A stretch of DNA of 64,000 bases from Perna viridis (taxonomy: Eukaryota): positions 27,896,750 through 27,960,749 of the forward strand of contig CM074524.1 in assembly GCA_037379345.1 (NCBI GenBank), in the 5' to 3' direction. How positions within the stretch are numbered: the first letter of the stretch is position 1; the number at the start of each line of letters is the position of its first letter. The notes under the pieces were generated by a model. It was not told the origin of the DNA. It saw only the letters and a program-made list of their open reading frames with translations, and ran no database searches. A program made the position numbers and the translations under genes. Positions 26,902 through 42,000 of the stretch are shown piece by piece.

Positions 26902-29900
26902 TACTTGTATCAGAGCTCTAAAATGCTCCTATTAGCATTGCACATTCTGCAATATAGCTGGGAAACGTCGAGTTGTTTTGATTGAGAAACAATTGGGCCA
27001 TCATGATTACGAAGGCACCATATCGCAACTTCGCTTGAGTTCGTATGAGTTTGAACACAACAAGTTTAAAAAGCATTACCAACACAAGCTCTAATGAGCT
27101 TTGAAAACCGGCACAATATAGTTCTAAAATGACAAGTATATTTAAAAAAAAGGAATATGCTTATTTTGCTACTAATGTACAAATGTGCCTTGTAAAAAGA
27201 TGTGAACATGAATGTATACTATCAATCATCATCCTTTCATAGTTTTTCTTAAAGTTTCAGCTCACTAAAATATCCGACTTTTTAAAATTCTAAACCAAGT
27301 TCATATGTATATCTACGCCAGGGTTTATGGTGAAAATGAAAAAAAATCACTGATTTATTGGGAGTTCAGTTTAGTACAGCACTGAATTCGCTATGATATT
27401 TAAAACAAGCCAAAATCAGTGGCATTCAATACTTCTCGATTAGCAGCTATGAAGAATACAGTCTTAGATTTTATCGTGGTATGAGTAACTTAGTTGCAAA
27501 AGATTTTTCTTGGTTTGGGCGATATCAATTTTGTAGGTCAGCTCAATTCATACGAAAATATGTCGATCAACCGAAGGTCAAGGTTTTCTTTGTCTTGCTT
27601 GGCATTAGTTGTTATATATATGACCCAGAAAATGATCAACATAATAAATATCTCTCGACAGAGCATTAATAAATTATGCGAAAGGATAATTGCTCTTAAA
27701 AATATTACTTTTGGAATTTGCACTTTTGGAAAGTTTTTTTTTCTGTCAGCAAGGTCAAATGAAATATTGCAAGTAATGCAAAAATGTAACAAAAATATTT
27801 TCGTCTTTGTTTCATTTTGATTATCTCCCCTTTCTTTTTATGATTATCAGTGATATTTACCAAAACAATATGATTCATATTACCGTGATTAACGAACCAT
27901 AGCATTCTTAAACCTTATTCTGCTTTGGTTAGTATATTAAAGCAAATTGAATTTTATAACGTGAAATTAATTAGGAATTTTAGTCAACTCAAAATTCTGT
28001 AAAACTTTAAGTTTGAGTCTCTGTAAGACTCAGGCAGTGGTAGAAACATGGTATGAAAAGCTTATGATTTTGATGGTGTAATTTGACTATTTGTACCATA
28101 AGAATCAAGGGGAAAAAGACAACATTTTCCATATCAATTTTGATGCATTGAGTAATAATTTCACTGAAAATGAATATTTAAAGGTCAGATAACTCTGACG
28201 AAAACCTCATTTTTCTAACTTTCTATTAAAACAATTTTGAGCTAATCCAGTGATGCAGAGATCAAATAATGGTCTTTTCAAACAGAGAATGATATTCTAT
28301 TGTTATATCGGTAGGGTTATGACACGCATAATTCTGATTTATTTCCATTTTGCCTGATTCTTTCAAACACTTGGACTTAATTTCTGTTTTTAATTACGGC
28401 ACGTAAATACTTCAAACATTCAGTGACGCCAGATAGCATCTATGTCACAATATAACAGTATAATGACGTTTTATGGGGAAAATTCAGATAATGAAATCAT
28501 TGATTTCAATGTCAGTTAAGAAAACTTAGCTCCGGAAAATAACTGTTCTTACTGTAATTAATCTTTCTTCATGAATAAAAACTGTCCCTCCTTTATTTAA
28601 TTGACACAATTTTAAATGCTCAATATAAATTTCAAATTATACATCTTAAACATTCAACCTTCGAATTCGTTATTGTATAATTTGATTTCACTTTTTGTCA
28701 ATATTATAAATTGCTTCTAACGCACTAAGTGCACATAAAGAAATAAAAGCATGACTAACATAAGAAATTCGATTATCTTCCGTCTGCAAAATCTCATGTG
28801 CTACCTTAAATTTGACCTTCTGATTTATACGGTCACAAAGTCAGCCACCAGAAGGTTATGGCTTTGTCTGGTGTGGTGTTCTTGCAGCAGACATACTTTA
28901 ACTACTCTAATTTCTTGCAATTCATGTCTGTTCTTAAAATCTAATCACAAGTATTGTGGCAGAAATAAAACATAAATTTCAGGCAAAAATGTGAACGGAA
29001 CCACCGACAGTCATGGCAATGTTATAATGTATGATGCTCTTTACTTACTATTGAAGGACAAGGCGTATATGAAGATGTTAACAAGGATACTTCGTAATTT
29101 CATTCTAAAATAATTTCTAGACATAGAAGACAAACAAATATATTTGTAGAACATGGGTATTATCAATTAAATTCTTATCAATTGCTGCGATTGACTGTAA
29201 GGAGACTAAATATGGCCTCCCACTACAAATAATTGTGTTTACCATCATATCAACAATCAGATAACATACTATATTCGTTAGTTCCTATTTAATGTATTTG
29301 CGATTTGTTTAGATAATAACAGCACTATGTACACTTTATAGGGTGTTTCTTACTTGGAAGGTTGATTGCTCCATTAGCGCATTAATGTCTTACTCTTAAT
29401 TATATTCTTCGAGTTGATTATGTACTAGCATTCTGTAGCAGTTCTTTTAGTTCTCTTCAGTTTTGAACTCAGTCCACTTAATAATAAATTTTTATATGCA
29501 CCGTTTGTTCTTGAGAACTGTTATCATTTCTACACAAGAACATCGTTTCACTAATAGCGTGCATGTAAGACAGAAGTACTTGACATACAAAAGGAAGTCG
29601 ATTATCTTCCGTCTGTATTGAAGTCAGCGATACGTGTTAGTTCGATTGTTTACATTTGACTATTACGCGGTAAGACAATGAAGGTTATTACGTACTTACA
29701 TTGTCCTAATCTTGCTGATATGACGATTTTCGTTCTTTTACGCCTTGAAATACAAATATAAAATATGAAATATAAAAAATGGACGAAATGAATGGTATTT
29801 GTTAGAAGGTTTGTTAGTACTCTCTGTCTCTTTAAGAGGTATTGCATTCTTATTTTCGTCGTGACAATTCTTACGACGACAATGCAATTTTGCAGATCTA

Positions 29901-32087
29901 TGTTTAAGAATGCACGAACGTGTAAACTTGACATATATAAAGGAATTCGACTATCTCTTATTACATGAAGGTTAAACAACGGAAGGTTATGACGTACGAC
30001 AACGTTTTCAAACTGCTGATAAGGTAAATCACATTCACCAACATACATATCCCATAATAGGTACAGAATATGTGTGAATTATTTGCGTATTTATACTTTT
30101 TGTTTTATAAATTACAAACGGTTTACAAAAGAAACATCTTAAGGATACACTTTATAAAATGACGAGAAGCATACCATCAATAATTTAAACAATTACTTTA
30201 ATAAAAATAGCTAGCTTGCTTCAATTTGTTGCAAGGAGTATGTCTCAAAGGTTTCTGAGTCAAGGTCATGTCTATTGCTTTTTTTACCCTTATATAAGTG
30301 ACAGGTTGAGTACTACATATACAAGATAGTCAACAGTTAATTTGTAAACTATCTGAAAATAAACATAGTCCATCGATTTTGCTACAGACTGCCTGGTTGT
30401 CAGCTAACAACACCTAATTATTGTAGTGAATTGTTTACACTTGTTGAAGACCTTTTGGTAATCAATGACAAAAGAACCCAATAAAAGATACAAACAAGAT
30501 CGAGGTAAAACATTACCAAGAGGATACTATCAAACATGTCATAGAACGTCAGTATTTCCATTGTAGCCACAGAATCACTCTCTATACAACGATACTTATC
30601 TTATTTTTTTTTGCTTGATATTGCACACCAATATCTTTCGTATTTCTAGTCATTTATATCTATAGAATTATTAAATATCGAATGACGTTTTAATTCAATT
30701 TTTTGCAATATTACATTGCAGAACAATTGTTGTTTTTGTTTTCCAACCATGTTATGTTCTTGTAATGAGAACCGGACTCGTAAATGAATCTTGAATACAT
30801 ACATCCATCAACAAACAAAACTACATCCAATTTTGCAACTACATAATGCACCAGGTTCCCTTACACCTCGAGATGTGCACTTTGTAAACTACTGAACTTA
30901 TAAACCACTGAGACAAAGGGGTTGAGATAACCGTCTGGCGGTTAGGGGCCATGACATTGAGCTCATCTAAGGTATAAAGATAATATTCTACAACTTACTA
31001 TCGTTTAAGTAGACCCAGTCAGATAAGTATCTAGTCTTTTGTCCTTGTTGACCTAGTTACTCTTTGTGGTGGCTTCGAGTGGAATTCAAAATAAGCAACA
31101 CTTTGATGATGATTGATAAAAAGAAATTGGAGTGTTTGTTTTGACAGTTTGGTTAATGGTTGTTTAATCTTTTAGAGTATTAGACAAACAGCATTTTTGC
31201 AGGTGACTGTCGTTGTTCAGTTGATCAAGTTCACACATGCTGCAAGTATACAGTTTATTGGGAAGCGATCATCTTATATGGTACACTTTAAAACGAGTCA
31301 TTTTCAGCTGCACGTAGCAACCTTCTGCTAGTTGTCACATATTTTGCATCCTAATATTTACTTGCATCTTTCTCTCCTAAAATATGTGCTAGTGATCTAT
31401 GACATGTTACGATTTTGAGCTCGTTGCAAATCATGACGGCAATTTTAAAATACTTTATAGCCTTTGTAAGTTTTTTTGCCAGAATATTGCACACTCAATA
31501 ATGCAAAATAATTTTGATTGAAAATATCGAAAATAACTATTTTAAATAATAAGTCAGTGCATGATTAGCCCTTGTCTGGATGTTATTGCATGTTCTATAT
31601 GTACATAATGTTATTGCAAGTTGCAATATTATAAGTATTTTATTCATATGATTATTTCATTGTAGTTAAGTTCTTGTGGAATATCGGCAACCAAACGGAA
31701 GCGTCAGCGGTAGGATAATTCAAATCCAATTCGTGAACATACAAAATAAAGACGATCTTTAAAGAACCAAATAAAACACATTACACATAAAAAAATTATT
31801 TTATGAAAAAGTAAAAAAATAACCAGATCGAACATGAAAACTTATTTTAGCTAAGATAACTAATAATTACATATTCTCTCTTTTTTACTTGCATTTATAG
31901 ATAAAACAAATATTATTTTAATGACATTATGTATGTGTCAAATCCTGGTGACAAATGTAAATATAGTGCACACTAGACTTCAGAAATATCTCTAACCACA
32001 AAACAGTCTAAAGCTAAACTTATCGGTATCTTGATCGGTATGTTCCTGCTGACAGGTTTTATTTATTAGGTACTGCTGACTTACTGA

Positions 32088-32180
32088 AGAGTAATCAAGG
32101 GAACCAAGATTCTAGCGGAAATAAAAAAAATGTAATCCAGGGAGAAAACCAGACTTTGAAACCATATACACACAACAAAG
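32088..32180 (-). mobile_element. PLE 3' tail, terminal fragment
   Basis: aagagtaatcaagggaaccaagattctagcggaa terminus. Confidence 0.7.
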
Positions 32181-32502
32181 AAAATGATTTTAACCAAAAT
32201 CGTCCATTCTTAATGACGAAGCTGCAACAGAACGACAGCGATGTCGCTATTAAACGTTGTGTGTATCCTTTTCTCTCTCTTATTTTTGTTCCGGAATTAT
32301 TTTTATTACGGAAAAAATCCTGATTCTCTTGATCTTCTTGTGAACAGAACATCAGACCTCGCTTATCAGGCTCACTGTGATATTGTCTTCTTTAAAAATG
32401 TCGCAAATGTGTAGATATCTGATTCTTCCTATCCTATAATTACACGTTTATTTTTTTTCTTCCAATGCATTGCTATATATTTTGTTTGTATATTCTTTGT
32501 TA

Positions 32503-32748
32503 GACATTATTCATTCTAGTGTGACATTAATAATTCTAATGTGACATTATTCATTCTAATGTGACATTAATCATTCTAATATGACATTATTCATTCTAAT
32601 GTGACATTATCGATTCTGGTGTGACATTATTCATTCTTATGTGACAATATTCATTCTAATGTGACAATATTCCTTCTCGTATGACGTTATTAATTATAAT
32701 GTGACATTATTAATTCTTACATACATTATTCAATAATGTGACATTACA
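32503..32748. repeat. 20-bp minisatellite, ~12 copies
   Basis: Unit gtgacattattcattctaat. Confidence 0.92.
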
Positions 32749-34028
32749 TAAATCACCCTCTAAACTATATGTTATGTTTTTTTTTATTATACTGAATGTT
32801 TCATTTTCATACATTTCATAGTAAGTCCTAACAATCAGTTTTATGTTTGTTTTTTTTTGGTTTTATTTTCTTCATTATAATCGTTTTTTCTTCTGTCAAG
32901 TTTGCATTCATTTGAAACTGTAAACGTCAACTGTGGATGACACCCTTTTTTATGACCTTTATTTAATGTATCGGTGGTGGTCTTTAAGGCCAAGAATACA
33001 GTGTATGAACATTTAGCAACAATGACAAATTCTCATTTTAACACTTTCATTTCCAGTTCCAGTCTCAGTTACTTTTTATCTTGACAATACAATAAGAAAT
33101 GTTTGGGTACGGATTCGTAGTAGTGTAACAGTATAAGTAAAAAAAAATACAAAAAAATAAGTCTATTAATCTATGTAATATCAGTTATTGATATGGACTT
33201 CTCCATTTAACTTTGTATAATGATACTTATTATTTTCCTTTGTACTCGGAATAGTGACTGCTCAATGTAAAAATTCCACTTTGACTAACTAAAATTGATA
33301 TACATGATTCATAATAACAAGCGTCAGAAATTCAGGTCAACTTTAGGGTTCAGTAAAACAATACGAGGCTTCTGCTTACTCCAATCCACTAAAATCCATT
33401 ACTGATTCGCCTTTTAGTTATCTATGGAAACCAGAAAATTAACTGCATTGTTGGTCAACACCTGGCAGATATGAAAGCATATTTGAGGCAGAAGTACTTA
33501 TTTGAATAGAATTAACCGAAACTCAAACATTTATTTAACACAATGGTACTCTCATCATTTCAAAATCGAGTAAATTAATACCTGACAATATGAAACCGCG
33601 GACAGGTATTAAAATGTGCTTTACCTTTCGAGTTAAATGGGCCTAGATGGTATTTACGGCTATATCTTTAGTCAATGGAAAGAAAAAATAAATCAATGTA
33701 GTTTTTTAAATATCATTCTTTTCTAACTGAAAAGTTGTAGACTTTTCTGCTATTTTGATCAAAGAAGACGTCAAAGATCAATCGACCCCAATACACTTTG
33801 ATAAGTAATTTAAGGTAAATCGTTCATTGTAGGTATTGGGAAACAGGTAACATTTTAAGATCACATGTTAAGAATTTCAAAATTGTAAAAAAGAACAAAG
33901 TTGCCTCTGAAAATAGTTGCATTTAAGTGCATTTTCAATTATTAGTACATTTAGAGTTGCTAAACATTTAAAGAGAGAACATGCTTAGCTTGCAATAAAA
34001 TTCCAAACCACATTATATAAGGGTCAGT

Positions 34029-35785
34029 GCTCATTGTTAATATAAACACAAGGGTGAAGCACATTTAATGTCTGTATTACATAACTAATATTTATAAATT
34101 GGCAAAAGATTGCAAGGATAAATAACTATATCTAATGAACAACGTTTTGATTGGCAAAGTAAATATCAGAGTGGTAAAACTAAACGCCTGTACATACGAT
34201 TTGGTCATCGAAAAGAAATATATTATGTTATAATTGACAATCTCTCCTGCGTATTTGGTGGAGTGGATGTCATTATATGTATTTGAACTGGGGGTGTTAA
34301 AATGCTTCTTGTTTTGTCTTTACAGAATTTGGTGGAGTCCGAGTTGCTCATTTACTCTTGTTACTTTGTATGTATGATTTAGTTACTTTGTGTTCTTTGT
34401 TGTGTATGTCTGTTTTCCATGTCTGGTCTTTGTGCTTGGATTACATTCTTTTGATTACAGCTATAACCTTTTTCCCTTGATTACTCTCTCAGAAAATGGT
34501 TGCCTTCTTTTCACTTATGAAGTTTTTTTTCGGAATAAACATTTGATGTCTTGGTTGTATTTCTCAAGTATGTTTAAATTACCATGTTATTACAAGTGAA
34601 TTATCATTCATTCAATGGTCTTCTAAAATTTATTACGAAATCGAAGGAATGTTGTGATAAATTAATCTTAAATGATTGATATTCGCAAAAACCTCCGAAG
34701 AATCACCCTGGGCTTATACTAACACGTCAAAATGCTTGAACGTAAACACTATAAACAAAGATGATCTACGTACACAACGTAGTAAACATAATGAAATAAA
34801 TTATACATAAAAGCTGTAGATAGAGGAAAATTAAAACAATACTTCACAGGAAAAACTTAAGCACTAGCAATAAGATAAGCAAACCGTGAGTGATATCAGG
34901 TGCTTCGGATGGATGGGTAAGCATTTCCTGATCCACCGGCGGCATCGGTAATATTGAATGTGAGTATAGTCCGGTAATTACCAGCAACAATAAATCAGCT
35001 CCCCGACACGAGTCATACAAGTTTAGACATAAACTGTATATTTGAAGACGCCTGGATTTGGGCCTGAACTTGATATAACACAGCTATTAATCATTGTGCC
35101 AAAAATGAAAATTGAAGATTTCAAATGATATTTGCAATATTATTTCTAAACGAGTATATTCAAGCAAACACATAAAGACTGAAAATACCAAAAAAAAAGA
35201 ATAGCTTAACATTTATAATATAACAATCATTAAAATACCCTTTGATCGTCGAATCATTATAATATTAATTATTTTCTTTAGTAATCAATAAAAATAAACC
35301 ACCAAATATATTGGTGTTTGCGCTGTAGTAGTATTGATATTGATATTTAACACTGTGTTATGCAAAATCATTTTTCAAAATAGCGAAAATAAATACCGAA
35401 ATTGACAGAATCAGCGAAAATATAACACCGCGAAATTAACAGTAGCCAATATTTTTAAAATATAGAACATACAAATTAAAACCTATGACGTAAGCAGGTT
35501 CATGGCTCATTGTTAATATATACATAAAGGTGAAGCAAATTAATGTCTATAGCATATAAATAATATTTATAAATTGGCAAAAGATTGAAAAATAAATAAC
35601 TACATCTAATGAACAACGTTTTTTTATTGGCAAAGTAAATATCACTGCTGGTAAAAATAAACGTCTGTACATACAAGTTAGTCATCGAAACGAAATATAT
35701 TATGTTATAATTGACAATCTCTCCTATGTATTTGGTGGAGTTGATGTCATTATTTGAACTGAGGGTGTTATATATAAAGTTTTGT
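34029..35785 (+). repeat. Local direct duplication of ~280 bp (34029-34300 and 35505-35785)
   Basis: gctcattgttaatata...atatattatgttataattgacaatctctcct...atttgaactg occurs twice. Confidence 0.8.
34328..34488 (+). mobile_element. PLE 3' tail copy
   Basis: Same tail family. Confidence 0.8.
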
Positions 35786-37871
35786 TTATATAGAACGCGT
35801 TGATATTTTTGTCTTCGCTCTTGCAATCTGTACAAAATCATTCTTTGCTGGAATAGAAAATTAGAGATAAGTGACTCTTTTCCTCATGACATACTGAATT
35901 TCCTACCTTTAAATAACAAAATTCCAATTATATATATTGCAAATTTTAATATGAAGTACACATGATTCAAAGAGTAACCTCACGTATATACAAAGATCTA
36001 AATCAATACATTAATTGCATATAAGAAGTATACAAAACCAACGCTATCGAAATAAGAAGCCAAATCCATCAACGATAGCGGTAATTTTAAATCATTTGTT
36101 ATAATTTTGCCCAAGTGCAATGTTATGAAATCTCTGGATAATACTTTGCTATCATGAGCGTTCGTTATAGGGAATAATTGTCCTAATATGTTTATTCAGT
36201 TTGAGTCCTTGGCTGTCTAGTTGTAGGTAATGTCTCTGAAAATGTTGTTCGCTCAATATACTTTAAACCGTATAATTACACATTCAAAGATAAATGAAGG
36301 TAAACTCACAGTAGACAGTAAACGTCGATAAATCGAGCAAATAACATATATGATATTAAAGTTTACACACGAAAACTTAAGAAATATGCATAAATAGTAG
36401 AAAATGTCCATGCTCTTTCTTTACAGTAACTTTTTTCGCATTCGCATTTCTACATGTAAACAATGCGTTTGTCATCATGATATTACTTATTAATAATAGA
36501 TAGTTGCTCCTTAATTTATTTTGCGTCCAAGCCTGGTACCACACAACTTAATCTAATATAACTAAATTTCAAAATCGGTCTAACAATACCTCTAATTAAA
36601 GTCCTTGTATTTTAAAATGTCAAAGACAATTAAGAATATTTTTCAACTTAAATAGGAAACCATGATTTCCCCTGGTGTGATACCTTGTTATCTTGTCCTT
36701 TACATCACATCGATATTAGTAACGTATATGATTGATAATTGTTTATTTAATTCATTGGTATTTGTGTATTTATTTCACAAATTAGCCAATGGTATCATGA
36801 GCACCTTCCATGTGTATAAGTTGTTAACTTCAAAGATAGATTTATTGCATGCTGTGCACTAAAACGGATATTGTTGACATAGTTAAATTGTATTCGTTTC
36901 AATGCTAACATAGGCAATACAATTGTCAATGGTACAATTTGTACATGTTGTATATTTCAATTGCTTTGTCGTCCATTGTTAACAAAGAAATTACCCCGGA
37001 GTAATTAAATGAATAAGAGGGAAATACAATGGGAAAACACTTTCAAAAAAAAAAAAAAAAAATTGAAACGACAAACAACCGGACATAAAAAAATATTAAC
37101 TTTCAAACTAAGATGTGCAGGGCGAACCAAACAAACAACCGATGCTCCGAAAGTGTGATCCACTCCTGCTTGTTGCAAGTCACCCGCCGTGCAGCCCGAT
37201 GAAGTTCGTGACGAATGATATGTTATGCAAACATAGTGAAGCAAATTGTTGACAAAGGCTAAGGGGTATTTTATGTACTGTTGAAAACCACACGATATGG
37301 TAAAATATGTTATTAAAAACTAAATACAAATGTTAACTGCCTTGTAATTCCAATGATTTCTTTACGTATAAATATAGTTAAACTAAAACAAACAAACAAA
37401 AAATGCAAAACAAAATCAAAACAAAACAAACAGCAATAATGCTTTAAATCCAGTGTCAAATGAATATATGGTATATTAAAGAGACAAAAATTTAATCATT
37501 GCTTAGAAAGGCAAAAACTAAAGTTAATGATTGCTATCGATGCTGCGTGGTATGACCGAGCATCAGGGTGATATGATAATAAATGCTCTCGGGGATCGGA
37601 GCCACATAAAGTTGAAGGTTTAAATCTTGAATTAATCATCTCATCGTCGTATTTTACAACAAAAGAAGTTATCGTTGAAATTACGAATTGAACAAACTGT
37701 TTACTTTATTTTTATGAATAAATTTGAATATTTCGTATTATTTGACAGATTTCAAACTTTCTTTGAAAAATTTGTACTTCTCACTTATGTGTACAACTAA
37801 ATGTTGACTTAATTTTGAGTATTGGTGTCAGTCTCTTTCCCCGAGGGAGAAATGGTACGAAAACCTAAAAT

Positions 37872-38010
37872 TTACTTTTGTTACTTTGTATGTATTGTTA
37901 GTGAATTTATGTTCTTTGTTGTGTTTGTCTGTTTTCCATGTCTGGTGTTTGTCCCTGGTTTACAATATTTTAATTTCTAATAGAGTATTGGTTCCCTCGG
38001 TTACTCTTTC
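37872..38010 (+). mobile_element. PLE 3' tail copy (diverged)
   Basis: Same tail family. Confidence 0.7.
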
Positions 38011-38940
38011 ATTCAATCGTATGATAAACAGTTTCAGACAATATATATGTTAATTTTAATGGACTAAGCTTACTCATACTTCAAATTCTTAATAATAATT
38101 TCTGAATTAAAAGTTGATTCTCTTTAATGCTTTTGATGTAACATTATCAGTGTTATCTTTTTTGTTAAGTGTTAAATTTTTTGATGAAGGTTTTTATTTG
38201 TGTATTATAAAAAGAAATGCTTTGTATTAGTCTTCAATTGAAGTAGATATTTTGAATAGTTTTGCATATGAACTTGTTGATTTTTCATCGGATGTTTGTT
38301 ATTTGTTTGAACATCAAATGCAGCGTAATCAAGGTACCACAAGATTAGAGAAATCAGTGAAAAACTAGGTTGAAGCAGTACCAACAGCAGTTTTCTTCAC
38401 AAGAATTAGTACGTGTAAAATTAATCGTAAGCTATGACGTCATAATACTTTTAAGTACTATGGAGTTATAAAAAGAAACTCAAAAAAAGAAGTGATAAAG
38501 CAACCAGTACCAAATGTATTATGTTTCATATTAAACTTGGAATAAAACACAAATAAAAGCAAATTAAAGAGTATCTTGAACTTCACAAAACACCGATGAT
38601 ATGGAACACGCGGTAAAGTAATGTTCACGACAATAACAAAATTTGGTGAAAACTTGAAAAATCAGTAAATAGCAAACTGTTTGGGAAAACTATTATAATT
38701 GTTCGGTAAATGCGCACGTATACGTAGGTTTTAAGAACAAATAATAATGCTCAACTTAATCTATTGTGGATAAGGTAACAAACACATAACACACGATATA
38801 GAGAATGATGTCCTCATAACTGTAATCTATGCAAATTTAACCAATTACCTTTGAATCACATAGACCTTGATTTAACTAAATATAAATTTGATTTCTGAAT
38901 CTGTGTTACATCAGAACAAAGACTTATAAGATTATTTTCC

Positions 38941-38946
38941 TTTATT
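38941..38946 (-). terminator. Probable polyadenylation signal of gene A
   Basis: AATAAA on the minus strand ~120 nt after the stop codon. Confidence 0.5.
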
Positions 38947-39066
38947 GTACAAAAAATGTTTCACGCTTTGTAACAAACAGACATGACAATGTTAACGGAT
39001 ATCTACAAGCCCCACATTCTACCTCGAATGTTTATATAATGTCTCTCATGTTTCAATAGTTACTGC

Positions 39067-42000
39067 TCACACAATACATCTACCTCTGTAGTAATAAATA
39101 TCATCTAAAGCAATATCTCCTAAATCTGTACTTCCCATGGCTGCCTCTAATACGATCTAAAAATACAAAAGGAATCTTGAACAAATTTGTACAAACCGAT
39201 GTGTCAGCATTTCTTTTGGAATTGTTTACAAATTAGTCTTTATACAATAACATCTTTAATGGTCAAATGTAATGGCCAACTGTTACAACGTACAATATAC
39301 TTAATCATTGTTAAACATTAGTTACATTGTTTTTTCTTCAAATTCGTAGTTCCGATTAAATAGCCTTGTTAAGTATTTTGTTTTCCAATCAAGTTTTTAT
39401 TACTACAAACATGAACTGCAATGTTCCCATTCAATTATGAATAAAGCTATCGTTAAAAATCATAGACACATATTTCAAGAATGCTTATGTGCAATATACT
39501 TTTTAACAAACTTGGACGATGCGAAACGACAGAAAAGGTTGAAAAGGGCGACTTTTTTGTGAAACCCATATTAGTCAGTATAAAACATACCATGAAATGT
39601 TAGAAAACGTAGACGAATTCATTACCCATCAGTCATACAGATCTACCATGAAGCATTAGAACCGGTGCACTAGGTCCATGCTCCCAGTTTTTATTAGAGT
39701 CCGAGTTGTTCATTTACTTATGTAACTTTGTAAATTTTATTTTGGTTATTTTATGTTCTTTGTTGTGGTTGTGTGTGTCTGTTTTCCATATCTGGTCTTT
39801 GTCCCTGGATTATATTTTTTTATTTCCGCTAGAATAATTGTTCCCTTGATTACTCTTTTAAATCATAGAACCCATTCTTGTCATTTATTACGGAACCTAC
39901 CACGAAACGTTAGAAAAAGTAGAAATTGGACACTGGTATCGTGGAAAACCCACACTAATCAGTCATATGGCTCACCTGGAAATTTTGTCCTACTGTAAAC
40001 TCATCATTGAAGACATTCCATTGGTTAGCTTGTTCTCCTTCCAAAGATTTAAATTCTTTGGTCATATCTCCTACTCTGACGTTTACAGAGAGTTTATTGA
40101 CGTCCCGGCCGGACATGTAATAGTAAAATCTAAGGCAATATGTTCCAGCGTTCAGTGAGGGACTGACTAATCTGGATTTTTGGTTATGATGAAGATGAGA
40201 CTCTGCTAAAGCATAGTAACCTATAAAAACACACAATATTAGTTCAGAAAGTTGACCAGCAACAAGTTGTTCTTAACACTATGTACTCTCATAAAGATGA
40301 ATTAATTGATCATTAACAGCATATAATGACGATGTTCAGGATATACTGTTGTCTATTCTTGATTAAATGAAATTACATAGGCATATATCTAAACCATAGA
40401 GAAAGAGATATGACGTTTTAACAGGCAATTCGATATGTATTGATACAAAGTTTATATCCTCTTAATGTCCAGTCAAATACCTTCAACTGCAATTTGTTCC
40501 TGATATCCTAGTTGTTTTTTTCCTGTTATATTCCATTTGTATTTACTACCCGTTAAGGTTGTATTTAGTAAAAAAGCAAATCAACAATTTGCAAGTATTT
40601 TAAAACATTTTGATAAATAGCCTAATCTGTATATGTTTCAAAAAAACCAATGTGGTATGAATGTCTATCAAGTTTTTTTGATTATTTCTTCTGTTGTTAT
40701 ATCCTTAAGAGATGAAGAGATTTAAAAATAATGAAGAGTAAGATAAAACAAACAAATATTAATTATACCTACCTATGCCGTTACTGTAGTCAAAATTTGG
40801 TCCTGTGCCATTAGATTTTGTAGATCCTGTGTTTCTAACCATATCAAAATCGTTCTCACCATCTTGAGACCATTGACAGAAATCGTTTTCAAAGTCGCAT
40901 TTGACAGCACCTGTATAATACAAAAAAAATCAAAAAGATGGACAACTGTTAATAAGCTACATAACTAAGCTTCAAATTAAAGCATTTCTTTTTTAAAGTT
41001 AAACAGTAGAAAAAAGTCTGATTGTAGTTCACATCGGTTTCAAGCTCCAATCGAACTAATGTTTATAAGTTTTCAGTCTTTATAGTTTACAACATGAATG
41101 AGAAAAACGTCTTTTTTTGTTCCGCAATAGACATTTAACAAAACAATAAACTCTTGTTCTTTGAATGGTCCAACTATCAACTAATCATTTACACTTACCA
41201 GAAAGTAAATCTTGTTTATGGATGACATCACCAACTGTAAAGAGACAAAAAAAATCATGTTGTTACAATTCATTAATTTAATGAAAGAAACATTTTTGTT
41301 CCTCATACGTCAAAGTTACTCATATAATATTGATATCCTTAGACAGGATTTCGAACAAACATACGCCGTGACGTCGAACAAAAATACAAAATATCATGTG
41401 ACCGGAAATTGCATTAGTATATTACCTCTTCCGCATCCGTAACCATCTCTGATGTTTTCAATGTCGAAGTCACTGAGAGATACAGACCATGGGAAAACTT
41501 CGCCTTCATATTTGGCCTTCATTGTTGGTTTGGATGGGTCCTTGGCGTAGGCATATGGGAAGAAGAATGTGACGGATTTGTAGTCAAATGGAGATTTGAA
41601 GAAGGTGGTGTCATTCACCTTGGCGAAGAAGGTTTGGTATTCTGAAAAGTAAAATAAAAATAATTAAACATGTGAATATCCTTTGTGTGAAATAGTAGTT
41701 AATTCCCGATTTATCACATCAAATTTGGTATTGAAGACGCTAAAACATGAATGAAAATAACCAATACTTTCCACCAGACAGATGCATCCAAGGCACATAC
41801 ATGGTTCCGGTTAGAATTAGCAAACTTGAATGTTGCTCCAGTTAACAAAGAATTTGGATATATTTGGACTCAGAAATAAGTGTTTCTCCTTAAAACTTAC
41901 GTTTTGGAATGTTGCTGTAGTCGACGACAACGAAGTCATCTCTGTTTGGTCTACGGAAAGCATTGTAAGCTCCCAGGGTGTACATCAACAACTGCATGAT

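Noticed and set aside
20600-38900. Short ORFs across this interval
   Set aside because: AT-rich chance ORFs with no recognisable domains or consistent exon chain; small exons of a long gene cannot be excluded.
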